A DNA stretch of 64,000 nucleotides, taken from a virus. Below are positions 18,101 through 27,161 of the stretch, in pieces. The notes under the pieces are model-generated. The model was given only the letters and a program-made list of their open reading frames with translations, was not told the origin of the DNA and did no database searches. The position numbers and the translations under genes are program-made. The stretch lies in the IMG/VR virus record IMGVR_UViG_3300027503_000009; one strand, 5' to 3'. Within the stretch, counting starts at the first letter, position 1; every line of letters begins with the position of its first letter.

Positions 18101-18374
18101 TCAGAAAAAGATTTACACTAAAGACAAATATAATTTAATTTTCAGAACAGAATTATATAACATCTTTAATAATGTAAATTTTGCAAATCCTCCAGCACAA
18201 TTACCAAATGCAATTCCATCCAGAATTGGTCAGTCTAATACACTACAACCTGGACAGGTTTATTCAAATGCAACAAAAGGAGCAGCATTCGGAACAGTAC
18301 AATCAACACTAGATAAAACTGTTGGTCTGGGAACTTCTAGACAGTTACAGTTAAGTCTAAGAGTCAATTTTTAA
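15189..18374 (+). CDS. TonB-dependent outer-membrane receptor (carboxypeptidase-regulatory N domain, Oar-like barrel)
   Basis: Signal peptide, LPLNGR, VQEFRVESNNYPAEYG, TKSGGN, YAQDEWK, FSPRL, C-terminal LRVNF. Confidence 0.92.
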   Translation: MKYLLSLFLLTTSLFSQEASIRGKIFDKNEEVIIGATVKIQNEKTGSVREVVTNEVGEYIITNLPASSYNVKASAPGFANTQKTGIKLLVNESIGINFILVPQIIKTEIIVEGGEVTSIDTSSAKIGVNVSEREVSNLPLNGRQISQLYLLAPGASTAGGGTFDNIKFSGRSNQQNAIRYDGIEGSSIIDASPGNLNGQISSFFRLQSSMENVQEFRVESNNYPAEYGTGTGGQITIVTKSGGNKIHGGVFEYLRNNVLDSRNFFDATKNPLRLNQFGGSIGGPVKQDKTFWFASYEGLRQRQSVPFREAVPSESAKARAVPQVRNLLALYPVGNIPTTDPNASIVAIDRKQTVDENSFGLRLDSKISDNLSGYFRYFRDNGKSIQPLGVTGNSIDVTAVPQNAVANVQWIISPQKINETKIGLNAYKTRAWGTAPIVNNFNPADISINLTGGVALSGITTQGSSTGFATAGGLVRSNSATNGRGQPYTNTSITLIDNFSWINSSHNFKFGGELRFIRLFTDRLGGTTYSFSNVEDLINNRPLQIQFLGDLSAPSPFNNGATGERQITQNYLIGYAQDEWKVFSNFTVNYGIRYEFYSVFKEKRNLLVNWSPETGNILPNNLPVYRSNKDNFSPRLSGTWSPKSLNGKTVFRVGTGVYFGPGQPEDLIQPFESDRVSKTITNTTYPINPTSIIASYNINDPNLRFQPRAYSSGYNIPETVYSYTASVQQQIKDNVLTVAYVGSLGRNLFIRTLGNLITDVTPTGTVKRQWGDRFAEVDVKTSGGNDHYNALQATLNRKTKSGLTYGASYTWGRSIGSSGGSNETVTVANPYNWRTDYGNNAADIRHNLNVVGLYEWKTWQIGSVINTRSGLPLDPLIVRNDIIFFDKSSGMYYNSSVGSNSVAVINVPGGGQTRQIRRPDYVLGVSPYIKNSDKTIFLNPAAFSVPMPGTFGNASRYSLRGPMLFQADLTLQKKIYTKDKYNLIFRTELYNIFNNVNFANPPAQLPNAIPSRIGQSNTLQPGQVYSNATKGAAFGTVQSTLDKTVGLGTSRQLQLSLRVNF

Positions 18375-18375
18375 T

Positions 18376-18591
18376 ATGATGACAAATGAACAAAAGATAG
18401 AAATCTACGAAGAACTTCTGCATAGAATCCAACTCTATGCAGAAGTTACACTAGATTCAGAAAAACTAAATAATTTAATAAGAAATATTTGTAAATGGTC
18501 CTATGCACATAGAGTTGGAAATGGTTATTCACCAATTGAAGAGTTAGATGAAAGGATTGAAAATGCAACCAAAAAATTATTGGAAAGATAA
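18376..18591 (+). CDS. hypothetical protein
   Basis: ORF in operon context. Confidence 0.7.
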   Translation: MMTNEQKIEIYEELLHRIQLYAEVTLDSEKLNNLIRNICKWSYAHRVGNGYSPIEELDERIENATKKLLER

Positions 18592-19204
18592 ATTTGAAGA
18601 TATTATGTATAGTGTAAAATATAGATATCATAATATCTTGAATTCTATTAGATATAGAACAACTAGAAGATATTATATTGTAAATAGTGGTTTAAAACCT
18701 GGATATTATGACACAGGTGAACTCATTTTACATGTTAATTTCAAGCTTCTTGTTGATTTTGTTGAAATTGAAAAAGCATGGATGAATACATGGACTGATG
18801 ATAGTGCATATTCTAAGTTGTCTTGGTTTCAAAAGAAATTTTGCAGATTCCGTTCACCCCAAGATGGAATTGCATATCTAAATTGGGAAATTAATGAATC
18901 TCAATTAGAACATCAAACAAAATCAGCAAAAGAAATTTTAGAACTTTATACTTGGTGGAAAGTAACTAGACCAAATAGACCAGATCCATATATTGAAGCT
19001 GGTTATGATGAAGTTTTTAAAGATAAAAACTTATCTGAACATTTTATAAGAGAAGAAGGAAGTAATACTTATACTATGAAACCATTCACTAAGAAAGAAA
19101 GTGCAGTATTTGAAAAAGTAACAAAAATCGAAAATAAATATGAAAAAGAAGATGAAAAAATGTTAATTCGTCTGATGAAAATTCGCAAATCTCTTTGGAC
19201 ATAG
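18548..19204 (+). CDS. conserved T4-like hypothetical protein
   Basis: LLVDFVEIE, ELYTWWK and MLIRLMKIRKSLWT segments. Confidence 0.75.
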   Translation: MKGLKMQPKNYWKDKFEDIMYSVKYRYHNILNSIRYRTTRRYYIVNSGLKPGYYDTGELILHVNFKLLVDFVEIEKAWMNTWTDDSAYSKLSWFQKKFCRFRSPQDGIAYLNWEINESQLEHQTKSAKEILELYTWWKVTRPNRPDPYIEAGYDEVFKDKNLSEHFIREEGSNTYTMKPFTKKESAVFEKVTKIENKYEKEDEKMLIRLMKIRKSLWT

Positions 19205-19206
19205 AA

Positions 19207-19827
19207 ATGGATAAACAACTTTTACAACCAATTTTAGATGCGTTTGTAGCACATGGAATTACTAACCCTTATTTGCAGAAAGCGATAATTGCTAACATGC
19301 AAAAAGAATGTGGTTTAATCCCAAGAGAAGAAAATCTAAATTATTGTAAAACTGACAACTCTAGAATCAAATCTATATTTGGTTCTAGAGTTTCTAAATT
19401 AACTGATTCTGAATTATCTACAATTAAATGTAATCCAAGAGAATTTGCAGAATTAATTTATGGTTCTAATAATTCTATCGGTCGTTTGATGGGCAATATA
19501 AATCCCGGTGATGGTTGGATTTATCGTGGAAGAGGTTATATCCAATTAACAGGTAGAGCTAACTATAAGACATATGGTGATATGTGTGGATTCAATATTA
19601 TTCAAAATCCGGACTTATTGGTAAGTGATAAAACTATTTCTGCTATTATTTCTGTTAAATTTATTTTAGTAGGTTTACATGGGAATACAAAATTTACTAA
19701 TCAAGCAGATGCGGATAGAGCGGTTACACAAGTAATTGGTGGTAGGGGATTAAATTTAAATAGTGGATATGGTGCTGAACTTTTAGCAAAGGTTAATGAT
19801 TTTTCATCAAAAATATTTCTTTCTTAG
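19207..19827 (+). CDS. GH19-family lysozyme/endolysin
   Basis: EENLNY, GDGWIYRGRGYIQLTGRANY. Confidence 0.88.
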   Translation: MDKQLLQPILDAFVAHGITNPYLQKAIIANMQKECGLIPREENLNYCKTDNSRIKSIFGSRVSKLTDSELSTIKCNPREFAELIYGSNNSIGRLMGNINPGDGWIYRGRGYIQLTGRANYKTYGDMCGFNIIQNPDLLVSDKTISAIISVKFILVGLHGNTKFTNQADADRAVTQVIGGRGLNLNSGYGAELLAKVNDFSSKIFLS

Positions 19828-19862
19828 TTGACAACAACAAAAAACTGTGATATACTATAATT

Positions 19863-22358
19863 ATGAAATTTTATACAAATGTTGCCAGTATTGGTAATAC
19901 TGTTTATGTTCGTGAAGTTAATAACGGAGTACCCTCAAATTATAAGTTTGAATATGCTCCATCACTTTATATTCCTTCAAAAAATAAATCTAACTTCAAA
20001 TCTCTAGACAATAAGTATCTAGAAAAAGTAGATTTTATAAATATCAAAGATTATAATGAATTTATTGAGAAATACAAGGATGTTTCCAATTTCTCAATTT
20101 ATGGTGATATTAATCCTATTTTTTCATACATCTCAGAAAACTATCCAAATGATATTGAATTTGATATGAAACATATCAAGATTATGACTTTGGATATTGA
20201 GACAGAATCTGAACATGGTTTCCCAAAAGTAGAATACACTCAAGAACGTGTAAATTTAATTACCGTAAAAGTATTTAATTCAAAACATTATTTTACTTTT
20301 GGACTTGGTGAATTTACTCCAAAAAATAAATATCAAAATTACATTCAATGTGAAGATGAAAGTGAACTTTTAGATAAGTTTTTACTTTTCATGGAAAAGA
20401 TGCAACCAGATATTATTACTGGTTGGAATGTCAGATTTTTCGATATTCCTTATCTTGTAAGACGTATAAATATGATTCTTGGTGATGGAGCCAGTAAAAG
20501 ACTTTCATTTTGGAAGTACATTCGTGAAAAAACTGTTATCATGAATGGAAAAGAAAATGTAACTTATGATCTTTATGGTACGTCAATTATTGATTATTAT
20601 GAAATCTACAAGAAAAATGTACTTGAGCCAAGAGAATCATATAAACTAGATTTTATTGCTCAAGTAGAACTTGGTGATAATAAACTTCCCTTCGATGGTT
20701 CGTTCAAAGAATTCTATTCAAACCATTACCAAACATTCGTTGAATATAATATTCAAGACGTTGCTCTTGTTGATAGATTAGAAGCAAAACTAAAACTAAT
20801 CGAATTAACTTTAAGTGTTGCTTACTTTGGTCATGTTAATTACGTTGATGTCTTATCTCAGGTCAGAACTTGGGATACCACAATTTATAATTATCTAAAA
20901 AACAAAAACATTATTGTTTCACAGAAGAAAAATTCATCAAAGAGTGATCAATTTGTTGGAGCATATGTTAAAAATCCAAAAGTTGGTTTCCATAAATGGG
21001 TTGTTAGTTTTGACGTTAACTCACTCTACCCTTCTATTATTCGTTTCTTAAATATCGGTGTTGAGACAAAATCCCCAAATAAGAAATTTTTTAATATTGA
21101 ACAGGTATTAGAAAGTAATGACTTTTCTTTTGATAAAGATTATACTATTGGTGCAAATGGTGTAATGTATAGAAAAGATTTTATTAGTTTTTATTCTGAA
21201 CTTGTTGAAAAACTATTTAATGATAGAATTAAGTTTAGAAAATTAGCTAAGGAAATGGAGAAGAAAGCAAAAGAAAATCCCAACGATCCAGATATTGAAA
21301 ATATTAATAATCTTCAAAGTAAGTATGACTTAAAACAGAAAACAATGAAGATTCAATTAAATTCATTATACGGAGCTATGGGTAATGAATATTTTAGATT
21401 TTTTGATTTAGAAAATGCTCAAGCTGTTACAATGACTGGTCAGTTTATTATTCGTTATGTCGGTAATAAGCTAAATGATTTCTTAAACAAAAAAATTGGA
21501 ACAGAAAATTATGAATATGTGATTTATATTGATACTGATTCAAACTACATTACATTAGATCCTCTTGTATCCAAAATGTTTCCTAAAGAAACAGATAATA
21601 AAAAGATTGTAGATTATATTGATGATTTTTGTGTTAATGTAATTGAAACAGAAATTGAAAATATTTTTAAAGATATTTCTGATAATTTCTTAAACGGAAT
21701 GAATCCAGAAATCTTAAAAATGAAACGAGAAGTTATTGCTGATAAAGGTATTTGGCAAGCAAAAAAGAGATATATTTTAAACACCTATGATGTTGAAGGG
21801 TTAAGATATGAAACACCTAAACTAAAAGTCATGGGAATGGAGATTGTTAAATCTTCAACTCCAAAGTTTTGCAGAGAAGAAATGAAAAACTGCGTAAAAC
21901 TAATTATGACAAGTAATGAAGAAACATTACAGAAATATATCATTGATGTAAGAAATAGATTTAATTCTTGTTCAGTTGAAGAAATATCATTTCCAAGATC
22001 AGTTAATGGTCTTGAGAAGTATTCTGATAAATCAAATATTTTTACAAAAGGAACTCCAATTCATGTAAAGGGTGCGTTAATTTATAATAACTTATTAACA
22101 GAGAAAAAGTTATATAATACATATCCTTTAATTAATGAAGGTGAGAAAATTAAATTTATTCATTTGAAAAAACAAAATCCAACTTCAGATTCTGTTATTT
22201 CATTTAACACAAAACTTCCAAAAGAATTAGGTCTTCATAAGTATATTGATTATGAAAAACAATTTGAGAAGACATTTATTGAACCATTAAAGAGTATCTT
22301 AGATACAATTGGATGGGAATTAGAAAAAACAATCACATTAGAGGATTTATTCGGTTAA
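19863..22358 (+). CDS. 43: family B DNA polymerase (gp43)
   Basis: Exonuclease DIET; DVNSLYPS, KIQLNSLYG, YIDTDS. Confidence 0.97.
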   Translation: MKFYTNVASIGNTVYVREVNNGVPSNYKFEYAPSLYIPSKNKSNFKSLDNKYLEKVDFINIKDYNEFIEKYKDVSNFSIYGDINPIFSYISENYPNDIEFDMKHIKIMTLDIETESEHGFPKVEYTQERVNLITVKVFNSKHYFTFGLGEFTPKNKYQNYIQCEDESELLDKFLLFMEKMQPDIITGWNVRFFDIPYLVRRINMILGDGASKRLSFWKYIREKTVIMNGKENVTYDLYGTSIIDYYEIYKKNVLEPRESYKLDFIAQVELGDNKLPFDGSFKEFYSNHYQTFVEYNIQDVALVDRLEAKLKLIELTLSVAYFGHVNYVDVLSQVRTWDTTIYNYLKNKNIIVSQKKNSSKSDQFVGAYVKNPKVGFHKWVVSFDVNSLYPSIIRFLNIGVETKSPNKKFFNIEQVLESNDFSFDKDYTIGANGVMYRKDFISFYSELVEKLFNDRIKFRKLAKEMEKKAKENPNDPDIENINNLQSKYDLKQKTMKIQLNSLYGAMGNEYFRFFDLENAQAVTMTGQFIIRYVGNKLNDFLNKKIGTENYEYVIYIDTDSNYITLDPLVSKMFPKETDNKKIVDYIDDFCVNVIETEIENIFKDISDNFLNGMNPEILKMKREVIADKGIWQAKKRYILNTYDVEGLRYETPKLKVMGMEIVKSSTPKFCREEMKNCVKLIMTSNEETLQKYIIDVRNRFNSCSVEEISFPRSVNGLEKYSDKSNIFTKGTPIHVKGALIYNNLLTEKKLYNTYPLINEGEKIKFIHLKKQNPTSDSVISFNTKLPKELGLHKYIDYEKQFEKTFIEPLKSILDTIGWELEKTITLEDLFG

Positions 22359-22361
22359 CAT

Positions 22362-23450
22362 ATGGCAAAAAAAGATAATTATTTTACAGATTTAGTTAAA
22401 ACAACAGGAAATAGTTACGCTGCATTAGCATCAGAAGGAATTGAAGCTGGAGATATAAACGGCTTCATTCCAACTGGTTCATATATGCTAAATGCAATTC
22501 TTTCAGGTTCAATTTATGGTGGACTTCCAGATAATAAAATCACAGCAATTGCTGGTGAAGAAGCAACAGGTAAAACTTATCTTGTATTAGATATTTGTAA
22601 GTTTTTCTTAAATCAAAATCCAGAAGCTGGTGTTCTTTATTTTGAAACTGAATCTGCAATTACAAAACAAACACTAGAAGAAAGAGGTATTGATACTTCT
22701 AGAGTAGCAATTATTCCTGTAACTACAGTTCAAGAATTTAGAACACAAATGTTAAAAATTATTGAAAAGTATCTAACACAATCTAAGTCTGAACGTAAAC
22801 CTATTATGTTTGTTTTAGATTCATTAGGAATGTTATCTACAACCAAAGAAATGGAAGATTCTGTTGCTGGATCAGAAACAAAAGATATGACAAGAGCAGG
22901 AATTATTAAAGCTGCTTTCAGAACAATTACATTGAAACTTGGACGTGCTGGTATTCCTCTTGTAGTAACAAATCACACATATGATGAACAAGGTAAAATG
23001 TTTTCTCAAAAAGTTATGTCGGGTGGTTCTGGTTTGAAGTATGCAGCATCATCAATTCTTTTCCTTTCAAAAGCAAAAGATAAAGATGCTCAAGGTGTTG
23101 TAGGTAATATTATCACAGTAACTAATAAAAAAGGCAGATTAACAAAAGAAAATGCTCAAATTAAAATTAGTTTAAATTATGAAACCGGAATGAATCCATA
23201 TTATGGTTTATTAGAACTTGGTGAGAAATATGGTTTATTCAAAAAAGTTTCAAATAAGTATGAAGTTAATGGTGTACAAGCATTTGAAAAACATATTCTA
23301 AAAAATCCAGAAAAATTCTTTACAAAAGATATTTTAGATAAATTAGATGTATGTGCTAGAAATGAATTTTATTATGGTTTAAAGAAAAAGAATTTCAATG
23401 ATGTAGAAACCGGAGAAACAGAAGAGGATTATGAAGATGGAGATGAATAA
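22362..23450 (+). CDS. uvsX: RecA-like recombinase
   Basis: GEEATGKT, LDSLGML, TNHTY, SGGSG. Confidence 0.95.
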   Translation: MAKKDNYFTDLVKTTGNSYAALASEGIEAGDINGFIPTGSYMLNAILSGSIYGGLPDNKITAIAGEEATGKTYLVLDICKFFLNQNPEAGVLYFETESAITKQTLEERGIDTSRVAIIPVTTVQEFRTQMLKIIEKYLTQSKSERKPIMFVLDSLGMLSTTKEMEDSVAGSETKDMTRAGIIKAAFRTITLKLGRAGIPLVVTNHTYDEQGKMFSQKVMSGGSGLKYAASSILFLSKAKDKDAQGVVGNIITVTNKKGRLTKENAQIKISLNYETGMNPYYGLLELGEKYGLFKKVSNKYEVNGVQAFEKHILKNPEKFFTKDILDKLDVCARNEFYYGLKKKNFNDVETGETEEDYEDGDE

Positions 23451-23748
23451 TTTTAATGTCAGTATTGTAAGAATTAATGGCGAAGATAATTTTGCTATTA
23501 AAATTTTAGATGAAAAGTACTTGAATTTAGTCTACAAGTATGATAAACTAGAAGTAGTGGATGATGTACTTTCATTTGAAATTAATGTTGTAGATAATCC
23601 AAACAATATTTCTGAAGAAGTTATATCTAATAAAGAATTTTCAGATTTTGTTGGTGAGTACTTAGTTTATTTATTAAAATCTCAGATGGAGAATGATGCA
23701 TTAAATGACGTTAGAGAACATAATTCTGAAGAACTTAGTAAAGAATGA
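23431..23748 (+). CDS. gp40-like small protein
   Basis: Size and position between uvsX and gp41 match T4-like gene order. Confidence 0.55.
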   Translation: MKMEMNNFNVSIVRINGEDNFAIKILDEKYLNLVYKYDKLEVVDDVLSFEINVVDNPNNISEEVISNKEFSDFVGEYLVYLLKSQMENDALNDVREHNSEELSKE

Positions 23749-25102
23749 TGATTTCACAAGAAAGACTATTCCTTTCATTGAAGAGGAATATTTTAGTAAT
23801 TCACATGAGAGAATTTTTTTCTCTCATGTGAAGAACTATTTCAATCAATATAATAGTTTACCTACAAAAGAAGCATTAGCTATTCTTGTAAGTAACGATA
23901 AGAATATTAATGAGAGAGACTTTGAATCTATTAAAGAAACTTTAGAAGAAATTTCTAATGACACAGACGAAACCAACACACAATTTTTAATTGACAAGAC
24001 CGAACAGTTTTGTAAAGATAGAGCAATTTATAATGCAATCATTAAGTCTGTAAATATTATTGAAGGTAAAGATGATAAGTTAGATAAAGGTGCTTTACCA
24101 AAACTTCTCAGTGATGCTTTAGGTGTTTCTTTTGATAGAAATGTTGGTCATGATTATCTTGAAAATTCCGATGAAAGATTTGAATTTTATCATCGCAAAG
24201 AAAACAAAATTCCATTTGCATTAGACTATTTTAATAGAATTACTTCTGGTGGTATTAGTGAAAAAACTCTTACTGTTATTCTTGCTGGAACTGGCGTAGG
24301 TAAATCCTTGTTCATGTGTGATATGGCTTCATCAGTTTTTATGATGGGTAAGAATGTCCTTTATATCACACTTGAAATGGCAGAAGAAAGAATTGCTGAA
24401 AGAATTGATTCTAATCTTTTAAATGTTCCAATTGTTGAAATGAGAAAATTATCTGAAGATAATTTCAACAAAAAGTTAACAGCAGTTAGAAGTAAAACAA
24501 CTGGAAAATTTGTTGTAAAAGAATATCCAACCGCATCAGCTAATGCTAATCATTTTCGTGTTCTATTGAATGAATTAGCTATGAAAAAGAATTTTGTTCC
24601 AGATATTATCTTTATTGATTATCTAAATATTTGTTCAAGTTCAAGACTTAAAGTTGGTTCTAATGTAAATAGTTACACTTATGTTAAATCTATTGCAGAA
24701 GAGATTCGTGGTTTAGCTGTTGAATATTCAGTTCCAATTGTTACAGCAACACAAACCACTCGTTCAGGTTATTCAAATTCAGATGTTGGTTTAGAAGATA
24801 CATCAGAAAGTTTCGGTCTTCCAGCTACAGCAGATTTAATGTTTGCTCTTATTAGTACTGAGGAACTTGAAAAGTTAAATCAGATAATGGTGAAGCAATT
24901 GAAAAATCGTTATAATGATCCAGCCATGTATAGAAAGTTTGTTGTTGGTATTGATAGATCAAGAATGAAACTTTATGATGTCGATCAATCAGCACAAGAT
25001 TTAGTTGATTCTGGACATGATGATGAAGAAGATGATTTAGAAGAAACAATTGTTAAATCTCCATTCAAATTCAAAAATAAATTTTCTGATTTTAAATTCT
25101 AA
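23705..25102 (+). CDS. 41: replicative DNA helicase (gp41)
   Basis: AGTGVGKS, TLEMAEE, IDYL, SESFGLPATAD, KNRY. Confidence 0.96.
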   Translation: MTLENIILKNLVKNDDFTRKTIPFIEEEYFSNSHERIFFSHVKNYFNQYNSLPTKEALAILVSNDKNINERDFESIKETLEEISNDTDETNTQFLIDKTEQFCKDRAIYNAIIKSVNIIEGKDDKLDKGALPKLLSDALGVSFDRNVGHDYLENSDERFEFYHRKENKIPFALDYFNRITSGGISEKTLTVILAGTGVGKSLFMCDMASSVFMMGKNVLYITLEMAEERIAERIDSNLLNVPIVEMRKLSEDNFNKKLTAVRSKTTGKFVVKEYPTASANANHFRVLLNELAMKKNFVPDIIFIDYLNICSSSRLKVGSNVNSYTYVKSIAEEIRGLAVEYSVPIVTATQTTRSGYSNSDVGLEDTSESFGLPATADLMFALISTEELEKLNQIMVKQLKNRYNDPAMYRKFVVGIDRSRMKLYDVDQSAQDLVDSGHDDEEDDLEETIVKSPFKFKNKFSDFKF

Positions 25103-25136
25103 TAAATATTTAATAAATATTTCAAGGAGTTTGCGA

Positions 25137-25988
25137 ATGTTCAAAGAAGAAGCTGAAGGTAGAATGATATTAGCTCAACTGGAAAAAATTTCTAAGTTAT
25201 CAGCAGCATTAATGGATAAAATTTCTGATTCTGATGACTTAGAAGGTTGGGTTCAAAATAAAATTGATTTGGCAGAAGATTATATTCAAACAGTATATGA
25301 TTATATGACATATAATTCTGATTCAGTTTCTGAAGATGTTAATGAAGATTTGCGTAAATGGTTTAGTAAAACTGATCCAAAAGGTAATTGGGTTAGAATT
25401 GGAACCGATGGTGAAATTAAAGGAGATTGTGCTAGAGAAGAAGGTGAAGGTAAACCAAAATGTTTACCCAAACAAAAAGCAGACTCTATGAGTAAAGAAG
25501 ATAGAGCAAAAGCTGCTAGAAGAAAGCGCAGATTAGATCCACAAGCAGATAGACCAGGAACCGGAAATAAACCAATAAACGTAAAAACAGAAGAAGTTGA
25601 ATATTTAGAAGAAAAGAATGTTCCTTCCAATGCTAAATTATGGGCTAGAGCAAAAGCTTTAGCTAAACAAAAGTTTGATGTTTATCCATCAGCATATGCT
25701 AATGGATGGGCAGCTAAATGGTATAAATCTAAAGGTGGAACTTGGAAAACAAAATCTGAACAATTCATAAAAGGCACAAAAATGAAAACATTTAAAGAGT
25801 TTAGAGAAAGTTTGAATGAATGTGGTTGTGATAGTGTTATTGTAGAGAAGTCACCAAATGATCCAGAAATTGAAAAATGGATCAAGTCAAACAAAGCAAG
25901 ATTCAAGAAAGAATATGGTGAAAAGAAAGGAACAGAAGTTCTTTACGCTAAAGCATGGGATATGTATAATAAGAAACATAAGAAGTAA
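25137..25988 (+). CDS. late basic protein, probable internal head protein
   Basis: AATAAATA late-like boxes upstream; YPSAYAN module; LEE/LNE sites. Confidence 0.6.
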   Translation: MFKEEAEGRMILAQLEKISKLSAALMDKISDSDDLEGWVQNKIDLAEDYIQTVYDYMTYNSDSVSEDVNEDLRKWFSKTDPKGNWVRIGTDGEIKGDCAREEGEGKPKCLPKQKADSMSKEDRAKAARRKRRLDPQADRPGTGNKPINVKTEEVEYLEEKNVPSNAKLWARAKALAKQKFDVYPSAYANGWAAKWYKSKGGTWKTKSEQFIKGTKMKTFKEFRESLNECGCDSVIVEKSPNDPEIEKWIKSNKARFKKEYGEKKGTEVLYAKAWDMYNKKHKK

Positions 25989-25993
25989 CTAAC

Positions 25994-26338
25994 ATGCTAT
26001 CATTAAAAGAATTTTTTCACTTACTAGAAAACGAATTAGAAGACTTAACTGAAGAGGAAAAGAAAAAAAATCCTCCTCTAAATAAACCTATGAGGGGTGA
26101 TCGCAAAAAGTATAAAGTATACGTCAAAGATCCAAAAACTGGAAATATCAAAAAAGTTGAATTTGGTGATCCAAACATGTCAATTAAAAGAGATAATCCA
26201 GAAAGAAGAAAAGCTTTTAGATCAAGACATGGTTGTGATGATCCTTCAGTTCCAAAACCAAAAACCAAGGCAAAATATTGGGCTTGTAAGTTTTGGCAAA
26301 AAAGTAAAACAGTATCTTCACTTTTAGGTAAAAAATAA
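25994..26338 (+). CDS. conserved basic phage protein
   Basis: KKVEFGDPNM...RRKAFRSRHGC...AKYWAC. Confidence 0.75.
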   Translation: MLSLKEFFHLLENELEDLTEEEKKKNPPLNKPMRGDRKKYKVYVKDPKTGNIKKVEFGDPNMSIKRDNPERRKAFRSRHGCDDPSVPKPKTKAKYWACKFWQKSKTVSSLLGKK

Positions 26339-26679
26339 TGGCTGGAATTACAATAAAACAACGCAGAGGAACCACAACAGAGCATTCATCTTTTACTGGC
26401 GCATCAGGTGAAGTAACTGTTGATACAACTAAAAAAGTTTTAGTTGTTCATGATGGTTCAACTGCTGGTGGATTCCCACTAAATAGAACATATAGTGTTA
26501 CATTTACTGCTCAAACAACAGTAACTGTTAATCATAATTTAAATACATCAGATATTATAGTTGCTTGTTATAATGGTTCTAACGTACAAATTACACCATC
26601 TTCAGTAACTATAAATACTAGTAATAGTTGCACAGTAGTTTTTTCTGGTGCAACAACTGGAAAAATTGTAGTAAAATAA
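26338..26679 (+). CDS. tail fibre/adhesin-associated protein (Mtd-like N domain)
   Basis: RRGTT...GEVTVDT...VHDGSTAGG. Confidence 0.75.
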   Translation: MAGITIKQRRGTTTEHSSFTGASGEVTVDTTKKVLVVHDGSTAGGFPLNRTYSVTFTAQTTVTVNHNLNTSDIIVACYNGSNVQITPSSVTINTSNSCTVVFSGATTGKIVVK

Positions 26680-26737
26680 AACTTGAAACTATGTGTCTAA
26701 AAGAGCATAATTTATATTAAATGAAAAGGATAAAATA

Positions 26738-27136
26738 ATGAAACTATCACTTGCACAAATTAAGAATGCAGAACCTGTCGTAGCCAAGCTACTAAATGTT
26801 GAGCTACCAATTAAGGTGTCTTATAGATTTACCAGAATTGCAAAAGCTTTTGCGGAAGAAATAAAGTATTTTGAAGATTCTAGAATGAAGCTTTTTGATA
26901 AGTATGGTGTAGATCAAGAAGATGGAACACGAAAAATTAAGGATGAATATCAACAGCAATTTTTTGCAGATTTAACATCTCTTCTAAATGAAGAAGTAGA
27001 TTTTAAGTTTGATCATAAGATTGATATTAACCTTTTAGAAGATGTAAAGCTAACTCCAATTGAACTAAGTTCACTTGAACCTTGGTTAGATAATGTTGAG
27101 TTTGTAGACGAAGTAGCTGATACCGCTACAGTTTAA
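26738..27136 (+). CDS. hypothetical phage protein
   Basis: ORF with RBS, located between fibre genes. Confidence 0.75.
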   Translation: MKLSLAQIKNAEPVVAKLLNVELPIKVSYRFTRIAKAFAEEIKYFEDSRMKLFDKYGVDQEDGTRKIKDEYQQQFFADLTSLLNEEVDFKFDHKIDINLLEDVKLTPIELSSLEPWLDNVEFVDEVADTATV

Positions 27137-27161
27137 TTAAAATCCACCAGTAGGTAAATAC

